Below, piece after piece: positions 1 through 14,999 of a stretch of DNA of 64,000 bases. A model generated the notes under the pieces. That model saw only the letters and a list, made by a program, of their open reading frames with translations, did no database searches and was not told the DNA's origin. A program made the position numbers and the translations under genes. The stretch lies in the NCBI RefSeq assembly GCF_026571515.1, contig NW_026852809.1, positions 1-64,000 on the forward strand, read 5' to 3'. The DNA comes from Ruditapes philippinarum. Lineage: Eukaryota. Numbering within the stretch: the stretch's first letter is position 1; the number at the start of each line of letters is the position of its first letter.

Positions 1-1049
1 AACGCAGAGATGTGATAAAGTTGGACCTATCATTTTTTTACGAAAACGACATTTTTTGCTTTTTTGCATGTAAGAATTTCCCTTTTTTTGTATTACGCCA
101 TTGTTGCATTTTCACAATGTAATACATTTTTGCTTTTTCGCGATTCACATTTTTTATTTATTGCATTATTCATTTGCTGTATTTTTGCAGTGTTGCATTT
201 TCATTTTATTGTATTTTTGCTTTCCGTATCTTTGTGTTACAAAAACGCATCTGCATATATACATGCATGAGTGATACACTTGTGCCATAAAACACAGTAT
301 ATACAATAATGAACTCAACTATAAGCAGTCAATTGATTAGAATAGTTTGTAATAAATATGTTATTTTATCTTTAAAGCTCCTTCTATTATTTTATTTAAA
401 TTTTGCAAAAAGTAAAAATGTAACAGTTTGTTAAAGGCAAAACATTTGTCTTTGTGAAAAAGTGACAAGCGACAAAGTCTAACTCGTCGTATCGCATTTT
501 TTCGCATTGCTACACTTTTGATTTTTCTTATATTTCACATCTAAAATAATCACATTTTTGCATTATTTTTGTTCATAGAGACATGTTCGCTTTTTTGCAC
601 GTAACATTTTAGCTTTATTATTTATCATTGTTGTATTTTTACTTAATTATATTGTTGTATTTTTGCATCTTAATAATACGCAATTACATGTATATATTAC
701 CCATATACTTGTTAAATTTCGTAAGCTATCTCCTCTGTATTTGAATTTTGATTTTTTCCGGGTGGACACATTTATCCTGGGAGGATTCAGCAAATATCTA
801 ACCAGACAAAACTTTTAAAATAATTTTTTGATCAGAAAACAAATATATCTTGCGTGAATGGAAGTCATTTATTGTTAATTAACCCTAAATCCATCATGTA
901 AAATTATTAATTAATGTTTAATGACATCCACAACGTATCAATCCTGTTAAGTTTTATTGGAATAACACAAGCAGTCTGACTAGTGAAAACCTGAAAAGAT
1001 TTTTTTTCTATTTAAAACCCTTGGGGATCTTTTGAGCAGAAAAGCAAAA

Positions 1050-1732
1050 GCAAAACGTGCCCGCGATATGCACAACTAGGAATGGTAGTGATCAATCATG
1101 TGATGTTTCATTGAAATCCCACTTGCAATTTGACCTTTGGAAGCCGGAACAGTTTTTTCTATAGATAGCTCTGGCGGTCATTATGTCCAGCGAAGCAGAA
1201 CGTTCCCTCGATATGCACAACGAGAGTGGGAACTGATCACTCCTATAATACCGCCAGAAGTTTGACTTGTGAAAGACTGACAAGATTTTGTTCCATATCT
1301 ACCTCTTGTGGTCATATTATGCAGCAAAGCTGAACCTGCCAGAGATATGCACAACTTCTTTATTTTCACTGTGAACTGTGAAAGCCGGACAAGGTTTTTT
1401 ATATTGATAGCTTCGGTGGCCATTTTGATGCTGCGAAGCGGATCATGCCGGCGAAATCCACAAGTAGGTATGGTACCTTTAAGTTTTATTGAAATCCCAC
1501 AAACAGTTTGTCCTGTGAAAGCCGGACAAGATTCTATCCATAACCCTTGTGGTTATTTTGACAAGCCACGCAGAACGTGTCGGCAATATGCACAACTAGG
1601 ATTGGTAGTGATCAGTGCTGTAAAGTTTGGTTGCAATCCCTTAAAGAATTTGACCTGTGTAGCCTTGACAAGTTCAATGCCGACAGACGTACGGACAGAC
1701 AGGCGGACAGACAGAAGGCAAGGGCAAAAATA
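1050..1732 (-). mobile_element. Degenerate HINE-like remnant with internal tandem repeats and ACAG/ACGG microsatellite
   Basis: Repeated GATATGCACAAC and GTGAAAGCCGGACAAG; CAGACGTACGGACAGACAGGCGGACAGACAG. Confidence 0.6.
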
Positions 1733-3101
1733 ATATGCAATAATACGTGTATAAAAGCAATAGAATAATAAACGTAGTTTTACCTGTTTCCACACTTTCT
1801 CTTGTAACGTGAAATGTCCTTATGTAGGACTCGAAACTGAGGTAACAAATAAATACAATCCAAAACTCCTCTATAATCTGAGTTATTTCATAAAAGTCCT
1901 TACCGCACAATACTTTTACCCTCCTTTAGGACTTATTTTTAAATCAGTTTTATAAATACTTCTGTTTACTGACACTGTCTCCCGGATCGAATGATGATTA
2001 TCTTAACCATAGACATGTTTAAATAATTTTTTACACTACCATGCCCTTATCTGTACAACGTTTTTAATGTCGACCAATAGAAATGTTGTTTCGTTAAATA
2101 AACTTTATATCTCTCACAGCATACAGCTCACAGTTTGAACTTGTTCTACTTTCGTTTAAATTCTTATGATTTTATAGATTCACAAGAAATAATGAAATAG
2201 AGCGTGTTTTTGGCATATGTTTGTTATTCATATATGATAAAATTATATATTTTTTCATATATCAACTCAACTTTATAAGTTTGCTTGAAATCCTACACAC
2301 TCTCAGTGATATAAAAAACTGGCAGTTTTTTTTTTTCAAGAAGGACCTTTTTTACTTGAAGTAAAGAACGCAAATGCCCTTACATAAGTTACATGTAAGT
2401 TATTTTATTCAAATAATTATTAGGAGTTTTACAGACGTCAATAGATTTCTATAATGTAAAACATACCGTCAATTTTTTGAACATTTGATAAATTCTATAA
2501 AATGCGTGATATAAACATTTATTATGTTTAGATCCTTTATTTGTCGCGTTTAATATTGTGTGGTGTGTCAATTTGTTATAATAAATTTGTATACACTACC
2601 TCTAAATAAATCGTGATCCCATATTTTTCTCGTTTGCATTCATCGTATTCTTTCATCGCAACATAAAACACTTAATGTCATTCCATAATTTCTGACAATA
2701 TACTTCTGTTCGGGCCTTAATATCTGTTCCAATTTGATTCAATTTAATTATGTAGTACTACTTTTAATCACATCTATCAAACCGATGTGCGATTTAAATA
2801 TTTTAATTGAATGAGAGTGAATAGTCAAAAGTAAAACATGTTCATTATACGAATGTAATGCTGTGTTTTTAGACTGTGGAACAAAAATCAAATATGCTAT
2901 TAAATAAAATATACTAAAGCAAGGACATTGCCTGACTGAACAACTGACTTGTAAGATCCGCCGTTTGTTTTTGTACAGCAATAGAGGTACTTATCATGTA
3001 GAACTTTGAAGTTATGCCCGGACTACAAACCAGCTGACTGATTCCAAAAACAATAATCCGACAAAGAGGATAAGGACGACAAGGAAGAGAAATAGCGTGC
3101 A

Positions 3102-3163
3102 TTATTATTTTTATTACTATTATTATTGTTGTTATTATAATTATTATTATTATTATTATTATT
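3102..3163. repeat. (TAT)n microsatellite
   Basis: Directly visible. Confidence 0.9.
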
Positions 3164-4367
3164 AATTACATTTGTCATTCATTTTATTTCTAAAGTATCC
3201 CCAGAAAGCCCATGAAATGATATTTTGTTAGGAAATGATCTTTCATTTGATATAAATTTACTTATATATATCAAGGTCTCCTTGTTAAATTTCAGTTCTA
3301 TTGAGAAACAGGTCAAGGTTCGGCTATCTGTCCGTCCGTTACAAATGACACATTTAACTGTAAGGAACAAAACGAACTGCAAACAGTATTCACAACTTTA
3401 CGAAAATTGTACTTCATTCGTGAGAGCAGCGCCACCTTGTGTTAATTATGCCTTCTTGAGATTCCTTCAGGTCAGACTTTCGAAATGCGACATAGCCAGC
3501 GATTGGCTGAAAAAAGTGCAAGAAAAAATCGTAAGATTCAAAGGTGATTTGATGAACAATGGGACGTTTAATGTATTAAAACTAATTCAGAAAATAAAAC
3601 TTTTTTTTCTAAAGAAATGACATGTTTCATAAGTCTCTATGACAATTTGTGACTTGGATATTTGCATTAATAAATGTGTATATCAGTCCTGTGATCAGCA
3701 GAACATGTCAATGAAAGGGGAGGGATATCTTCTTTGAAGTCATTTTGCAAAACATTTGGTTGGCTACTCCTATAAAACAATATCAGTTTTATGTGTCAGG
3801 CATTTCATTTTTCTAGACAAATTACCTCAAATATGAAGTATGATAAGGGAAAATTTCTCACGATGTAAGTCTAAGGGAAAATAAATACAAGTGTATGACT
3901 TTCATGTTTGGTGTTTCGCCCAATCGATAACATGCTTCGTAATGAATTCCATTTAGACGTACATTTGTTTTGCGGTATAGATCATTCTAAATTTAAAAAT
4001 GTGTCGTGTATTTTTTAAACATTTGATAAATAAGCCTACGTGTATTGACATGGTCGGTACAAACCAACAGACACTGCATACTTATTAATACAAGTTAAAT
4101 CACAAAAGACAACTTTTATAATGGCCATGTTTATGCAAAACTCCATTTTCGGAACTTACGGCTTAACCTTCCGTCTCAGTCATTACTAATGATAACAAGT
4201 TCTTCCACGAAATTCATGTTTAGCTTTAATCTTCTAATGGTCACATATACTTCAGATGATAACATTATTTTTCAAACAGTATGTAACACTATTCACTGAA
4301 AGATTTGTGACGTGATATAAACATAGGTACACACGGTGATCCGTGATTTGTTAATTTGTCTGTACCG

Positions 4368-4780
4368 GCGATGCACGATAGTACGATGGTGAAATTGCGA
4401 TGATGCCATTTTACGATGTTGAAAACTCGATGTTACATCGCGTTCTTTCCATCTTGCCATTGCCATTTCAACATCGTTTTCACAATTGTGTCATCGCGCT
4501 TCAAACGATCCTACCAACGGGCTTTCATTTGTAATATCGCGCTTTTACCGTAGTTCCATCGCATTTTCACAATCGTACTGTCGCGTTTTAACCATCTGAC
4601 CATCGCGTTTTTACCATCGTACCATCGCGACATTGACATTTAACCATCGAACCATCGTGTTTTCACCATCGTACCATCGAGTTTTTATCAGTGTGTCATC
4701 GTATCATCAGGTTTTCACAATTGTGCATCGCGGGAAAGGATGAAAAAAAATTGCGATTGTCCAAACGGATCACCGTAGCA
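4368..4780. repeat. Degenerate ~22-bp minisatellite (TTTTCACCATCGTACCATCGCG) with inverted end units, MITE-like
   Basis: Forward units 4437-4731; reverse-complement units CGATAGTACGATGGTGAAATTG at ~4377-4430. Confidence 0.55.
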
Positions 4781-5369
4781 CTCTCATACAATGTTGTAAA
4801 GTCAGTCAAATTCCGTGTGCCCACTTTGCTATCAACTACACGAATTTTATTGGAAAGCTGTCTACTTATGTCAGCAGTCTGATTTTGGTTAAATTTTGAG
4901 ACAACCTCGTTATCAAAAGCTCCCTTCATTTTATAAACAAGGCAGTTACACAGGAGCGCCAATAATGTAAATATTTTGCTGTCATGACTTGGGTCGCCCT
5001 GTCAAATAAATTTTTTCATCATGACTACACGGTAGAGAGAAAATATGATTTGATATAAACCCTCACACAACATGTATATAATAACTGATTTACATATGCC
5101 CGTATATGCAATACAGGTCAAATGTACATTTGTAACAATTGCTACAATGAAATGTTGGAACTTGAAACAGGTATGTTTAGTATCCTATCCGGTAATTAAC
5201 TTAGGTCAGTGTTTAAGTTACACGCATAGTTTATCCGTAGAATTAAAGCCTCGAGTATACGTAACGATTTTATACAGGCAGCCATTTGCTAAAAAGGGTA
5301 TCGCTTAAACCTGTGGAAAGTGTTAAAATATGTAACCCCACAAAAAACACACAAACCAGCATTATTTTC

Positions 5370-5945
5370 GAAAACGTCTTAAAAAGGCTGAATTAAACAG
5401 GGAGATACTTCTCGTTAGGTATGACCGAAGCTGGTGTAAGCGTCCTACTGACATCGCAAGAAAATGTTATTTGCAACTGATTACGCCTTGTAGGAACGAT
5501 ACAAACAGTTCTGTACCACCAGAGCCGGCTTCAACCAAGGCGTTAACGCCTTACGTCAATCGCGAGGGTACAACGCCAGTTCGTTTATCTCTGTGAACGA
5601 CAGCTTAGAACTTATTTTTTAAGACGAGAAACATTGCTTGTCTTAAGGGAATTGTCCCTGAATTAAATGTAAACACATTCTTGAGCAAGGCATACATCGA
5701 CTCATAGACTGAGAACAATATAGATGTGGTCTACAATGACACCGAATAAAACGCGTGTAAACACGTATTTGGTGAGATGCAGCCTTAGTTAAATCGCCAA
5801 ATTAACATGCCGTGGACACAAGCAGACCTGTCATACACGCTTGAAGTGGTTTTGCCGGGCATTTTTTCAACCCATTTGACTTAACAATGAGGTATCCTTA
5901 CCAAACGTGCATCGATCCAAACGATGAACATACACGGTGTTGATG
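5370..5945 (+). pseudogene. Decayed Tc1 transposase relic
   Basis: ...NACKHVFGEMQP*LNRQINMPWTQADLSYTLEVV... and MRYPYQTCIDPNDEHTRC* resemble the Tc1 C-terminus (NPIEHVW...MRRRC..CI...GGHTRY*). Confidence 0.55.
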
Positions 5946-6579
5946 TGATTAACTTGGTTTAAAGTAATTTTCGTTTAAAGGTAGCCATCAAGTTTAAAGT
6001 AAGTTTCGTTTTAAGGTAGCCATTAAAAGTCACTTTTTAAGTAGCATGTAAGTGTTTTTCTTAATTTTTTTGCAATATTTTTTTAATTGAATTATTTATC
6101 GGCTCAGGTTTACTGTTTCATTTTTTGTGATTCGTTTTAATTTTTTATTAAGACTTTAAAAACTTTCTCTTTTTTTGAATAGTGTAATCCATGGCATGTT
6201 CTTTCCTTACATACTCATAACGGTATGATCATATTTTAGTTACTCTTTAAACACCATGGTCCCTGTGATAATAAATCGCAATAATCCTTTAAACTGTGAT
6301 GATTTTTTAATGTAATCTTTTCTTAATATGCACTTGATTATTTCTTAATGTGATACTGACTTTTTAATGAATTACATTACATTTCATTTTAAATTGTGAA
6401 AACTTTAAATGATATCCTTCATTAATGTGATTTTTTAAAGTGATATTTTCTTTTCTTTTATGAAATACCTCTCTTTATCATGCCACCAAATGCTAAGGGC
6501 CACAATGGAAATAAAAGCTTGCTCTTTTTTGTGTTATCCTTGGTTTTGGGAACATGTCATTGTTTACATAATATCGTGT

Positions 6580-6742
6580 TTATTTATCTATCTATTTATT
6601 TATTTATTTATTTATTTGTAATTGTTTTAATCTAAATTGTGTTTATGTAACATGTTTACCTTTTGCCGAAATCTATCTATCTACCTACCTACCTACCTAC
6701 CTACCTATCTACCTACCCACCCACCTACACACCCTATCTATC
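6580..6742. repeat. (TATT)n and (CTAT/CTAC/CCAC)n microsatellites
   Basis: Directly visible. Confidence 0.9.
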
Positions 6743-9700
6743 TAAAGAGCCTCTGTAAAGAATTTGCCCTATCCAAGTTAATGCTGATGCAATTGCTATA
6801 CCAGGTAATCTTGTGTTATCTAAAGGTCAGATTATACCCTGTTAAAAGTATTAAATCCTTATGGATTATCTAAGGAGAAATTTTATGTCTCAATCGTATT
6901 TGTTTAATCGGGTATTAGATTGACATGTTGAGTCTAAACATCTCAAATATTGATAGTAAGAAATAAACATGGCAAACTTCTTCTACATCGCCGAGACCTT
7001 CAGTATCAAAGAGCAACAAAACAGTGTTTGACTTCTGTCGATGTACTTTACAAAATGCCCAAATCTCTTTAGTTGTTGATTCAATTCATCAACCAATGCA
7101 AAACCTATTTTTGTTAAAAAAATATCATAAACAGAATGTAAATATGCTAATTTTTCAAAGATTTTTTTCTTAAAATGCACCCCATACATCTATAAATATA
7201 ACTTGACTATTGATTTGATATGGATTTCTTTCCGACTCGATTATAGGCAGTATTTTTTAAATGTAAAACGTTATAACAAATCAACAGTAGTTTGTTAACG
7301 GTGACCCTTTGTATTGTACAAAGTCATAGAAATATTAATTTGAATCATTTTGGTCACCAGGATTTAGTACAATACTTTGTTGATTGCATTTGCGTCCTTG
7401 ATCAAATCTTAATGATATACATGTAGTACGAAAATAAACTCCTCCTTTAGAGTTACAAATAGAAAAAAAACATTACTTGGACTTATTAGGATCTTCTTTT
7501 TTCTTTTTTTTTCTTCTTTTTTAAACTAATTAGGATTTTCAAAGTCAATTATAGAGACATTAAAGCTTTATTAGGCTTTTTAAACTCCCAATTAGGGGTT
7601 AAGCATAATTACGAAATGATAACCACTTATAAGAAGTTTAATTAGGAGAAGAAAATTCTATTAAAGGACTTTATAAGCTCCTTATATGAAGAAAATCTAA
7701 TTAGGTCTCTAAATTAGAAGTTATCAACTCCTAAATTGAAGGAATTATATAACCTTATTATGAATTATTTTTCCTAGTAAGATCTTTTAAACTCTTTATT
7801 AAAAGTAACAAAGTCCAAATAAGGCTTTTATTACTCCTAATTACGAGTTCAAAGTCCACATTAGGATATTAATAAGGGTCCTTTGATGTTCTTAAAATGC
7901 TTCTTTTGCCTGTATTTGATAATAGATAATGCATATGCGTTTCAAGAATAGTCATCTTGCAGATACATATTTTTCTATAAACTAAATAGATGTCAAAAAT
8001 CTTCAATAAAGTTTTCATATTTACGTTTGTGTATTAAAAATTAGTTTCTAAAACTCCCTTCTCTAAAGAGAATAATACTGTGTCATGTTCTTGTATGGAT
8101 TGTTTTTTGTTTTTTTGTTTGTTGTTGTTGTTTTTATGGTTACGTTTTATTTTTCAACGTTATGAACCATTGTTGTCTTTTGTTCAGATATACATGTATC
8201 TGACACAAGAATTTAGTATAAATATGTAAGCAAATACTTCAAGAAACAAAACAAACGACTTATACAGTTATAATATCAGCATTAGTATTGTTTGTATTTA
8301 TTTAAGATAAGTTTTAACACTTTAGAATTCTTAACTATAAAATAGCACACTTTCATCCCCTTTCTAAGTACTTTAAAATTAATTCAATCGGCTATGGATA
8401 TTCTAAACGATTTCTTTGTACATGTTGTATATTTAAATGATTCATTTCTAAGTATTTTGTCTGATTTCATTCTGCTTTTTATTCAAATGTTAACCGTAAA
8501 GTACTTATAGATAAAGAAAAAATGTTAACCACTTACCGGCTTTTCAAGCAGAAATTTCTTTTATCTTTGTCAATACTTCGTCGTCAAGTGTATTGCTTGT
8601 CTAAGATGTTTAATGTCAACAAAATTATTAACAACTGATAATTGGTTAATATATATTCCATGATTGAATTCAAGATTTGCCAGTTTGTTGCAACCATCAA
8701 GTATCATCTTGATATTTGTCCACAATATCCTTCGTTTAGGACTTCTATATCTTACATTGTCAGATATGTATAATTATAACATGTTTTTGTTTTAAAAGAG
8801 GCAATGTTGTCTTTGCGTTTCATACAAAAAGTGTATACTTATAGCTTAAAACATGCACAAATAAGAAAGTGTACGACAAACAGTACAATACAAATGAGAA
8901 AAAATAAATAATGGTTAAGATGTAATTAAAGTTGAGTTTGCAATGATTATCTTGTATTTGGGCGTTATTGGTTAGCAGATATTTAACTGATTTATATTAC
9001 CTTTTATAAATGTTAATACCAGGGAAAAAGAGGATACAATAGAAAAAGAGAAATTAATTGACTATACAAATTCATTTATATGATTCTCCCACTTATACAC
9101 AACTTCACACCTGAAGGAAACGAAATGCGTTAATCACTTTACAAATGCATACTTTATTATCATTACATAGATAAAAACGGCATTCCTAAAGAACGTCCAA
9201 AACGTCAAAATTGAAAATGTTGCAGACTCGGTTTGATTGAGCCTGTTCATGAAGAAAAGAAGTAAACTTATTAAAACTGTTACAGTAGATTTTAATAGGT
9301 TAAGCTATTGATTTGTATTATACTCAGATTTACAACACACAGCGATAGTTTAATAGTTTAAGCTATTGCTTTGTATTCTACTTAGATTTACAACATACAA
9401 CGATATAAGATTGTAATTACATATTAAAATGAACAAAATAAGTAATTTCAAATTCATTTGTGTGAATGTTGCTGATCAAACTCATTGTGTATCAACGCTG
9501 CCATAAACAAATTGACGTCGCACAGTCGCAAGACAAGCAGTGAATCGAGTTTTATATACGCCTTAGGTTATAATCTACACAGGACATGTATATTGGCTTG
9601 TTTATTCGACTCATTGGAGTTAACTTATGGACACAATAGAAAGGTATATCGGTTATTCTTTAAAGCGTTATGATAATTTAAAGCGCATCGGGATTTCTTG

Positions 9701-10277
9701 TACTGAGAGTCAAGCGCATTGGCACTGATGCTCTAGAAGCGTCTTGGGCAATATACTAACTAAACATTGTGACAGAAAGTAGAAAAAAATAATAAGAATA
9801 ATTATACCTTTCTGAATATATTACCTTTACAAATAACATTTGAGAGAAGCAGAGCTGCAATTATATCATACAAAATCAGACAGTTAAAATATAGATATAT
9901 TCTTTTTCACATTTGGTTTTTATAATAGATAATAAAGAATAAATTATTAGACACAATGTATTCTATAAAATGCTATGGAAAAAAATGGGGTTACAACCAC
10001 ATTATTGTACATACCTGAAATACAACATGTTCAATCGGAACAAAATATCATCTGAGTGTATTGTTTAGTTTAAAAAACCTTGGACTATATAAAAGTTATA
10101 TTTATATCATTTGAATATGTTTCTGTATATTTTGTATTATATATTTTGTATTCTCAATTAAGTCAGGTAATGTATTTAAATGTCTTCTTGGGCTTAAATA
10201 AAGTATAACATTTTCCTTGGTTTATACAAAATTTATTTTAGTTTGATTGTGTAGAAAGCTTTTAAATTAATATTATC

Positions 10278-10440
10278 GACACACTTTCGAATCCATTCCT
10301 AGAACCAACCAGTACTACGCAAAAAGTGTAAAGTTGCTTGCTTAAGGAAACAACGACTTGCCCCTGACTGGGTTTGAACTAATTCGGCTAGAGATCATTA
10401 GATTACCAGTCCAACGCGTTCACCAATCGGCCATGTCGCA
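10278..10440 (-). mobile_element. CORE-type tRNA SINE
   Basis: Minus strand: TGGCCGATTGG...AGTTCAAACCC...GTTGTTTCCTTAAGCAAGCAACTTTAC...AGTACTGGTTGGTTCTAGGAATGGATTCGA. Confidence 0.75.
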
Positions 10441-12384
10441 ACTCAATGATACGTCATCCCACACACTTTCCTTTCCAAAGCATTTAGACATTCATTGGTA
10501 TAAAACAATCCTTGTATTAAACAACTCTTGAAATAAAAGGATATCGTAACGTGTCGTGAATAAACCAGCTGGATTAACATTGTTGATGGTACAATAACAG
10601 ATTGTCCTGTTGCTTTTAGACGTCATACTTTTGAGACTGGTATGGATATATTTGAAACTGGGAGGGATGTATTACTATATCATGGCATAACATCACACTT
10701 TTGCAAGAAATTAAACACTTGCTAATAATGTTATGTTACAATAAGCAGTTCGTATACGATCATACTATAATTTTGTTTTCTGAATTTATCTTATATTATA
10801 AACACAACTGACCGGGTCATCCGATATATCTTATCAATTTAGAACAGTAATTGTTTTAGTATTGCAACTGACCGCGGGAATTTATACCTCAAGTGGTGTC
10901 ATATTTATCATTAATCATTTCAAACAGGATTCAAATTTAATCTATGAAAGAGAAACTGATAACATAGGTTCGTGTGCGTCGGCCCAATATAAACCAGCAG
11001 GAGCCGTAGATTAGAGATTACCTTCTCAAGTGCCCTGATGTCAAAAGATTATAGAAACTGGACCCTGCTTTGACAAGTTAATCTGGGATATTTTTAAAAC
11101 GAAACTTTTATTAAAATATAGAAACCGCTGAACTTGCCACAAAAACACTGGGGAAACAAAATTCACCCCATGACTCATTTAGATGAACAAGTCTCACTAG
11201 AGAGAAGTAACCAAACTTCAATATCTTAATGCAAGGTAACGATTTTACTAACAAAAAAATCCATGGTAAAAAAATAAAATTACTGTTTTGAAAAGAAAAA
11301 GAGATTTTTTTTTTTAATTTCAGTATTAAAAGAATATAGTTATTATTTAAAATCTTAACAATGAGAAATTTCGAAAACTCAAACAAGGATTATTTTATCT
11401 GTCAGGGCAGTTGAAAAGAATACATGTACATTGAATACGCAATCTGGACTGCGCCGCAGATCAAGTGTTACAAATTAAAGAAAATTTTGATGAATTACCA
11501 ACAGACAATAAAGACCATTTATTGCAACATCTGATGCATAGTTTACAATACAACACAGACTATTATACGTCATTCCGCTCTAAACTAACGAGAGAGAATG
11601 AAAAGTCAATAAAATTTGTTGAATACTTGGTTTTATGTATTTGTTTAAAAGTATCAGAAAAGCATCCCTATTGTTAAGTCTATTTCTTAAGTGTAATCAA
11701 CTCAATTTTGGAGAATAAATGCATTTTATGTGTAAAATGTGAGGCATATTATAGTATCTAAAGTTCGTTCTGGCGACTACTCAACATAAAATAATCATTT
11801 TACATTTTTATTACATTTTTTAACAATCTTGAGTGGTTTCTTATATAAAGGAAATTGTTAAACCAAAATCGTATACCATATTAGATTTTACATGTTGAGT
11901 GAGTTAAACGGTAATGATAAGCATTCCAGAAATCTTGTTGAATGTTGAAAATATGTTTTGTTTAAAAATACATTAAACTGGGTGGTGAAGAAGCAATGCC
12001 TGATATTTACATACGGGACTTTGTCTCCCTTTTGTCACACATACTTATCGGAATACTTAAATGTATTTTGGAAAGTGTTGTTCTTAATCCTCTTGCATAG
12101 GCACAATAACAACAATATCCATGCATATGCGTCAAATATTGCACGTTTCATTTACGAGTAGGCTGTTCTTCTTCAATGAGTACACTTTGTACTTTGATTA
12201 TATATCTTCTCAGAAGCACCTTATTGAATGCTTTTAAAAAACTGTTTATGGACTTTTACTTAGCCTTAAATGTTGTATAACTTTGCTTTAGTCGAGCTTC
12301 ATCAAGCAGGTAAATAGTAGAAATCACGGACCATAGAAGTGTTTGTATATTTAAATATTGTTGATAATGTAATGATTTGTTGAA

Positions 12385-13598
12385 AAAATTGGCCCCGCCC
12401 TCGTAGGTCATTGATTTTCATTATATACATATAGTGAAAACTTAAAAAATATTCTGGTCTGAAAGTAAATGGCCTAGAGATTTGATATTTGGTCTATGGT
12501 ATCATCTATAGGTCCAAAACCAAACTTATTCAAATTTTGTGCCTAGAATTAAAATCGGCCCCGCCCTGAGGGTCATTGATTTTCCCTATATGTATATAGT
12601 AAAAACTTAAAAAATCTCTTTTAAAGAACCCAAAGAGCTAGAGCTAAGATTTTTAGCAGGAAACATCTTCTAATTGGTGTCTACCAAGTTTGTTTAAATA
12701 AAAGCCTTGGGGTCAAAATTGGCCCCGCCACAGGGGGTCATTGATTTTCCCTTTATGCATATAGTAAAAACTTTAAAAAAAAATTCTTTTAAAGAATGCA
12801 AAGAGCTAGAGCTAAGATATTTAGCATGAAACATGTTCAAATGGATGTCTACAAAGTTCGTTCAAATAAGAGGTATGGGGTCAAAATTGGCCCCGCCCCG
12901 GGGGTCATTCATTTCCCTTATATGTTTATAACAAAAACTTAAAAGATCTTTTTTGAAAAAAAAATAGCTAGAGTTGAGATACTAAGCATGAAACATCTTC
13001 TAGTGAGTGTCTTCCAAGTTTGTTCAAATTAAAGCCCTGGGATAAAAATTGGCCCCGCCCGGGGGTCATTCATTTTCCTTATACATGTATGACAAAAACT
13101 TACAAAATCGTCTTTGAAAAAACTCAAATAGCTAGAGTTTAGATATTAAGCACGAAGCATTTTCTAGTGAGTGTCTACAAAGTTTGTTCAAATAAAAGCC
13201 CTGGGGTCAAAATTGGCCCCGTCCCAGGGGACATTGATTTTCCTTATATGTGTATAGCAAAAACTTAAAAATCTTCTTCGAAAAAACCTGAATAGCTAGG
13301 GTGGAGATATTAAGCATGAAATAGTGTCTAGTAAGTGTCTTCAAAGATTGTTAAAATAAAAGCCCTGGGATCAAAACTGGCCCTGCCCCAGGTGTGTCAT
13401 TGTTTTCAACTATATGTGTAAAGAAAAAAACTTCTTTTAAAAAACCCGACAAGCTAGACCTTAGATGTTTAGCATAAAACATCTTCTAATAGGTGTCAAC
13501 CAAGTTTGTTCAAATAAAAGCCCTGGGGTTTAAACTGGCCCCGCTCCGGGGGCCTATATACAGGTGAGCGACTTTGGGCCATCATGGCCCTCTTGTTT
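12385..13598 (+). mobile_element. Helentron-associated (HINE/pearl-like) element with ~164-bp tandem array, 5' end missing
   Basis: AAATTGGCCCCGCCC..GGGGTCA recurs at ~12390, 12556, 12719, 12887, 13049, 13213, 13377 and 13536; terminus CAGGTGAGCG-..-GGGCCAT C ATGGCCC-TCTTGTTTT. Confidence 0.85.
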
Positions 13599-14999
13599 TG
13601 GTTTTGTGTTCATAGAGACATACGAGACAAGTTTTGTTTGTCTTAAAACATCATTCGCTTTGTCATGATGCAACCAACAAATAAACCTACCTACCTCATC
13701 ATTATTTCTTGATTTTATTACATTGTAGGTCTGTATATTTAGAATTGTTTTGCTTCCAATTGAAATTGCACACGAAAATAAATGTATTTTAACCGCCTCA
13801 AAATGTTACTTTGTTTATAGATGAAAATTTATATAAGACTGACTAATTGATAGAAAAAAAATATCCCATTCACAAAAGGAAACATTGTGAAAGTTAAAGT
13901 TTTCTTGTGCCGTTTTCATTTATAGGACTGTTTATTATCAATATTAGATATATCATGTTGAAACTTTGATCTTGTTGCATCCACTTAACGACTTAATTGT
14001 ATGTGTAGGCTTGCCAGGCTCTAAACATATGGCACAACTTTATCAGGTGATACAACATGGTACATCTTGGCACTGCAATATTTGACGACACACTAATAAA
14101 TCAAACTGAAACATTTTGTTTTACTTTTTGTGCGGATAACTCATTCATTATCAGTTATTAAGAAAGCAATTATTTTTATATTGACACACAATTGACTAAG
14201 GTTATCATGCTTCCACAAAAGCTAGCACTAGACATTTAATCCAATTGAATATAAATATATGTAATTAAAAGTGACATTATGGTCTAGGTGAGTATTTCAA
14301 ACGTAAGACTGATGCAGAGATGATTGACCATCAGTTGTTATTTGAATTTATAGGCTGAAAATATGCCTCCTTTCGAAATAAAGACTGCCCGGCTCGCTCT
14401 TTGTACAAATAAAACGTCATGATACATTCGGAGATAAACATTTAGAAACTTTCATGAGAAGTATATCGTTCATGCAAAGTAAATTATAAAATTATAAGGA
14501 ATTATGGCAAAATGAAACTTACTTTTATTCGCACTATTTACTCACTATACTCCTCACTTTATACCCTTAGATTGGCATCCTGTCAGTTTAGGAGCTATTC
14601 GTATTCCACAAATACAACCACTTCTAGAAATGTACGAACTAATAAATTATGAACATTTTTTTATAAAGGTGTTTCTTTGAAAATAGGATTATGACATGTT
14701 TTCGCTATAATTAATTACGCTTAATATAAATGTTGCTATCGGATCGGATAAGGGTTTGGCACAATTCGAATGTTTAAAGCGCGACAGAATCTATTAGCTC
14801 TTTATATAATGTTGTATGGTGTCAAAAAAGGAGAATTTCCAAATCTGAAACATATTATTTAAATCAAGTGATTTTTGAAAAGGGTTTCTGAAAACCTACT
14901 AAATGCATATTTAGTAAAATGCAGTAAATAAACGTATTCGTTCGTATATTAAATAGTTACGAAATGTTATGAACTTTGTATTATTACAATGCATAGCTA

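Larger units (their letters stand above)
4889..8600 (-). pseudogene. GBP: Fragmentary GBP pseudogene
   Basis: Exon 6978-7104 (127 nt vs 128, 1-nt deletion): GFALVD-/[36 protein letters not shown]. Exon 4889-4998: GDPSHDSKIFTLLALLCNCLVYKMKGAFDNEVVSKF, with the U12 donor lost. First-exon donor AGCCG|GTAAGT at ~8535 matches the one at 59350. P-loop and downstream exons not found. Confidence 0.88.

Noticed and set aside
9110-9132. CTGAAGGAAACGAAATGCGTT hammerhead-like string
   Set aside because: Core mismatched and no stem II.
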